This document shows positions 63,508 to 64,000 of a stretch of DNA of 64,000 bases, one piece after another. Below the pieces are notes generated by a model. The model did not search any database, had not been told where the DNA came from, and worked only from the letters and a program-made list of their open reading frames with translations. The translations under genes and the position numbers were made by a program. The first letter of the stretch is position 1. Each line of letters opens with the position of its first letter. The stretch is from Pirellulales bacterium (GTDB lineage Bacteria > Planctomycetota > Planctomycetia > Pirellulales > UBA1268): the NCBI GenBank assembly GCA_049695995.1, contig JBAVTF010000102.1, positions 5,189-69,188 on the forward strand, given 5' to 3'.

Positions 63508-64000
63508 CGCGGCTGACGCCCGTGATCTCCGTCGTCGTCTGCACCCGTAACCCCGAGCCGGACACGTTTGCTCGGGTGCTTGAGTGTCTGGCGCTCCAAA
63601 CGCTTCCCAAGGATCGCTGGGAACTTGTGGTAATCGACAACGGGTCGAAACCGCCGGTGGTGATACCGGCGGTTGATGGGCTGCCCAAGTGTCGGCTCAT
63701 TGCCGAGCCCACTCCTGGCATCGCGGCGGCCCGCGTTCGCGGAATCCGCGAGGCCGCCGGGGAATTGCTCGTATTCGTCGATGACGACAACCTGCTCGAT
63801 CCCGACTATCTGGAAAATGCGGTGCGGATCGCCGATTCGTTCCCACAGTTGGGGGCGTTTGGCGGACGCATCACGGCCGACGGCGATCTCCGACTGCCTA
63901 GCTGGCTCGAGCCATTCAGGAGCCACTTGGCCCTCGCGGAGTGTGATCGCGACGAATGGGCCCTGAGGGCGGGAGAATCCGTTGTTGTGCCGTATGGGGC
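63504..64000 (+). CDS. family 2 glycosyltransferase (3' end outside window)
   Basis: My own translation from the ATG at 63504: MTRLTPVISVVVCTRNPEPDTFARVLECLALQTLPKDRWELVVIDNGS...LLVFVDDDN. Open to the window edge, and absent from the ORF track because no stop is reached. Confidence 0.8.
   Translation, partial: MTRLTPVISVVVCTRNPEPDTFARVLECLALQTLPKDRWELVVIDNGSKPPVVIPAVDGLPKCRLIAEPTPGIAAARVRGIREAAGELLVFVDDDNLLDPDYLENAVRIADSFPQLGAFGGRITADGDLRLPSWLEPFRSHLALAECDRDEWALRAGESVVVPYG

Overview
High-GC bacterial chromosomal fragment. The gene content suggests Planctomycetota, though that is inference only: Gfo/Idh/MocA oxidoreductase, orphan MraZ, TPR/CHAT proteins, PEP-CTERM proteins and REP-like palindromes. 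No rRNA, tRNA, CRISPR array, transposase or integrase was recognised. Bases 1-13.4 kb are housekeeping or transport genes: a CDF metal exporter, MarC, an oxidoreductase, MraZ, a CHAT/TPR protein, TauE/SafE, an ABC-2 transporter and a TPR protein. From about 13.5 kb to the window end (more than 50 kb) runs one very large glycan assembly locus. It opens with a Wza-like exporter operon, divergent from a NusG paralog. That paralog heads a translationally coupled operon for a bacillosamine-type amino sugar (PglF/PglE/PglC/PglD-like) with an embedded ACP, AMP-ligase and SDR acylation module. Next comes a visibly more AT-rich mosaic with two PEP-CTERM proteins and two disrupted decoration genes. After that are a CDP-glucose pathway feeding a C-methyltransferase and a split transketolase, and a PglK/MsbA-like ABC exporter. 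The locus also holds at least 11 glycosyltransferases, 3 acyltransferase-3 genes, 5 methyltransferases, two Wzy_C (O-antigen ligase/polymerase-like) proteins and a Gmd-like dehydratase. The most unusual direct observation is a family of about 51-nt GTAGGC...GCCTAC palindromic elements. They occur between genes and also twice inside coding regions, codon-aligned and in the same phase.
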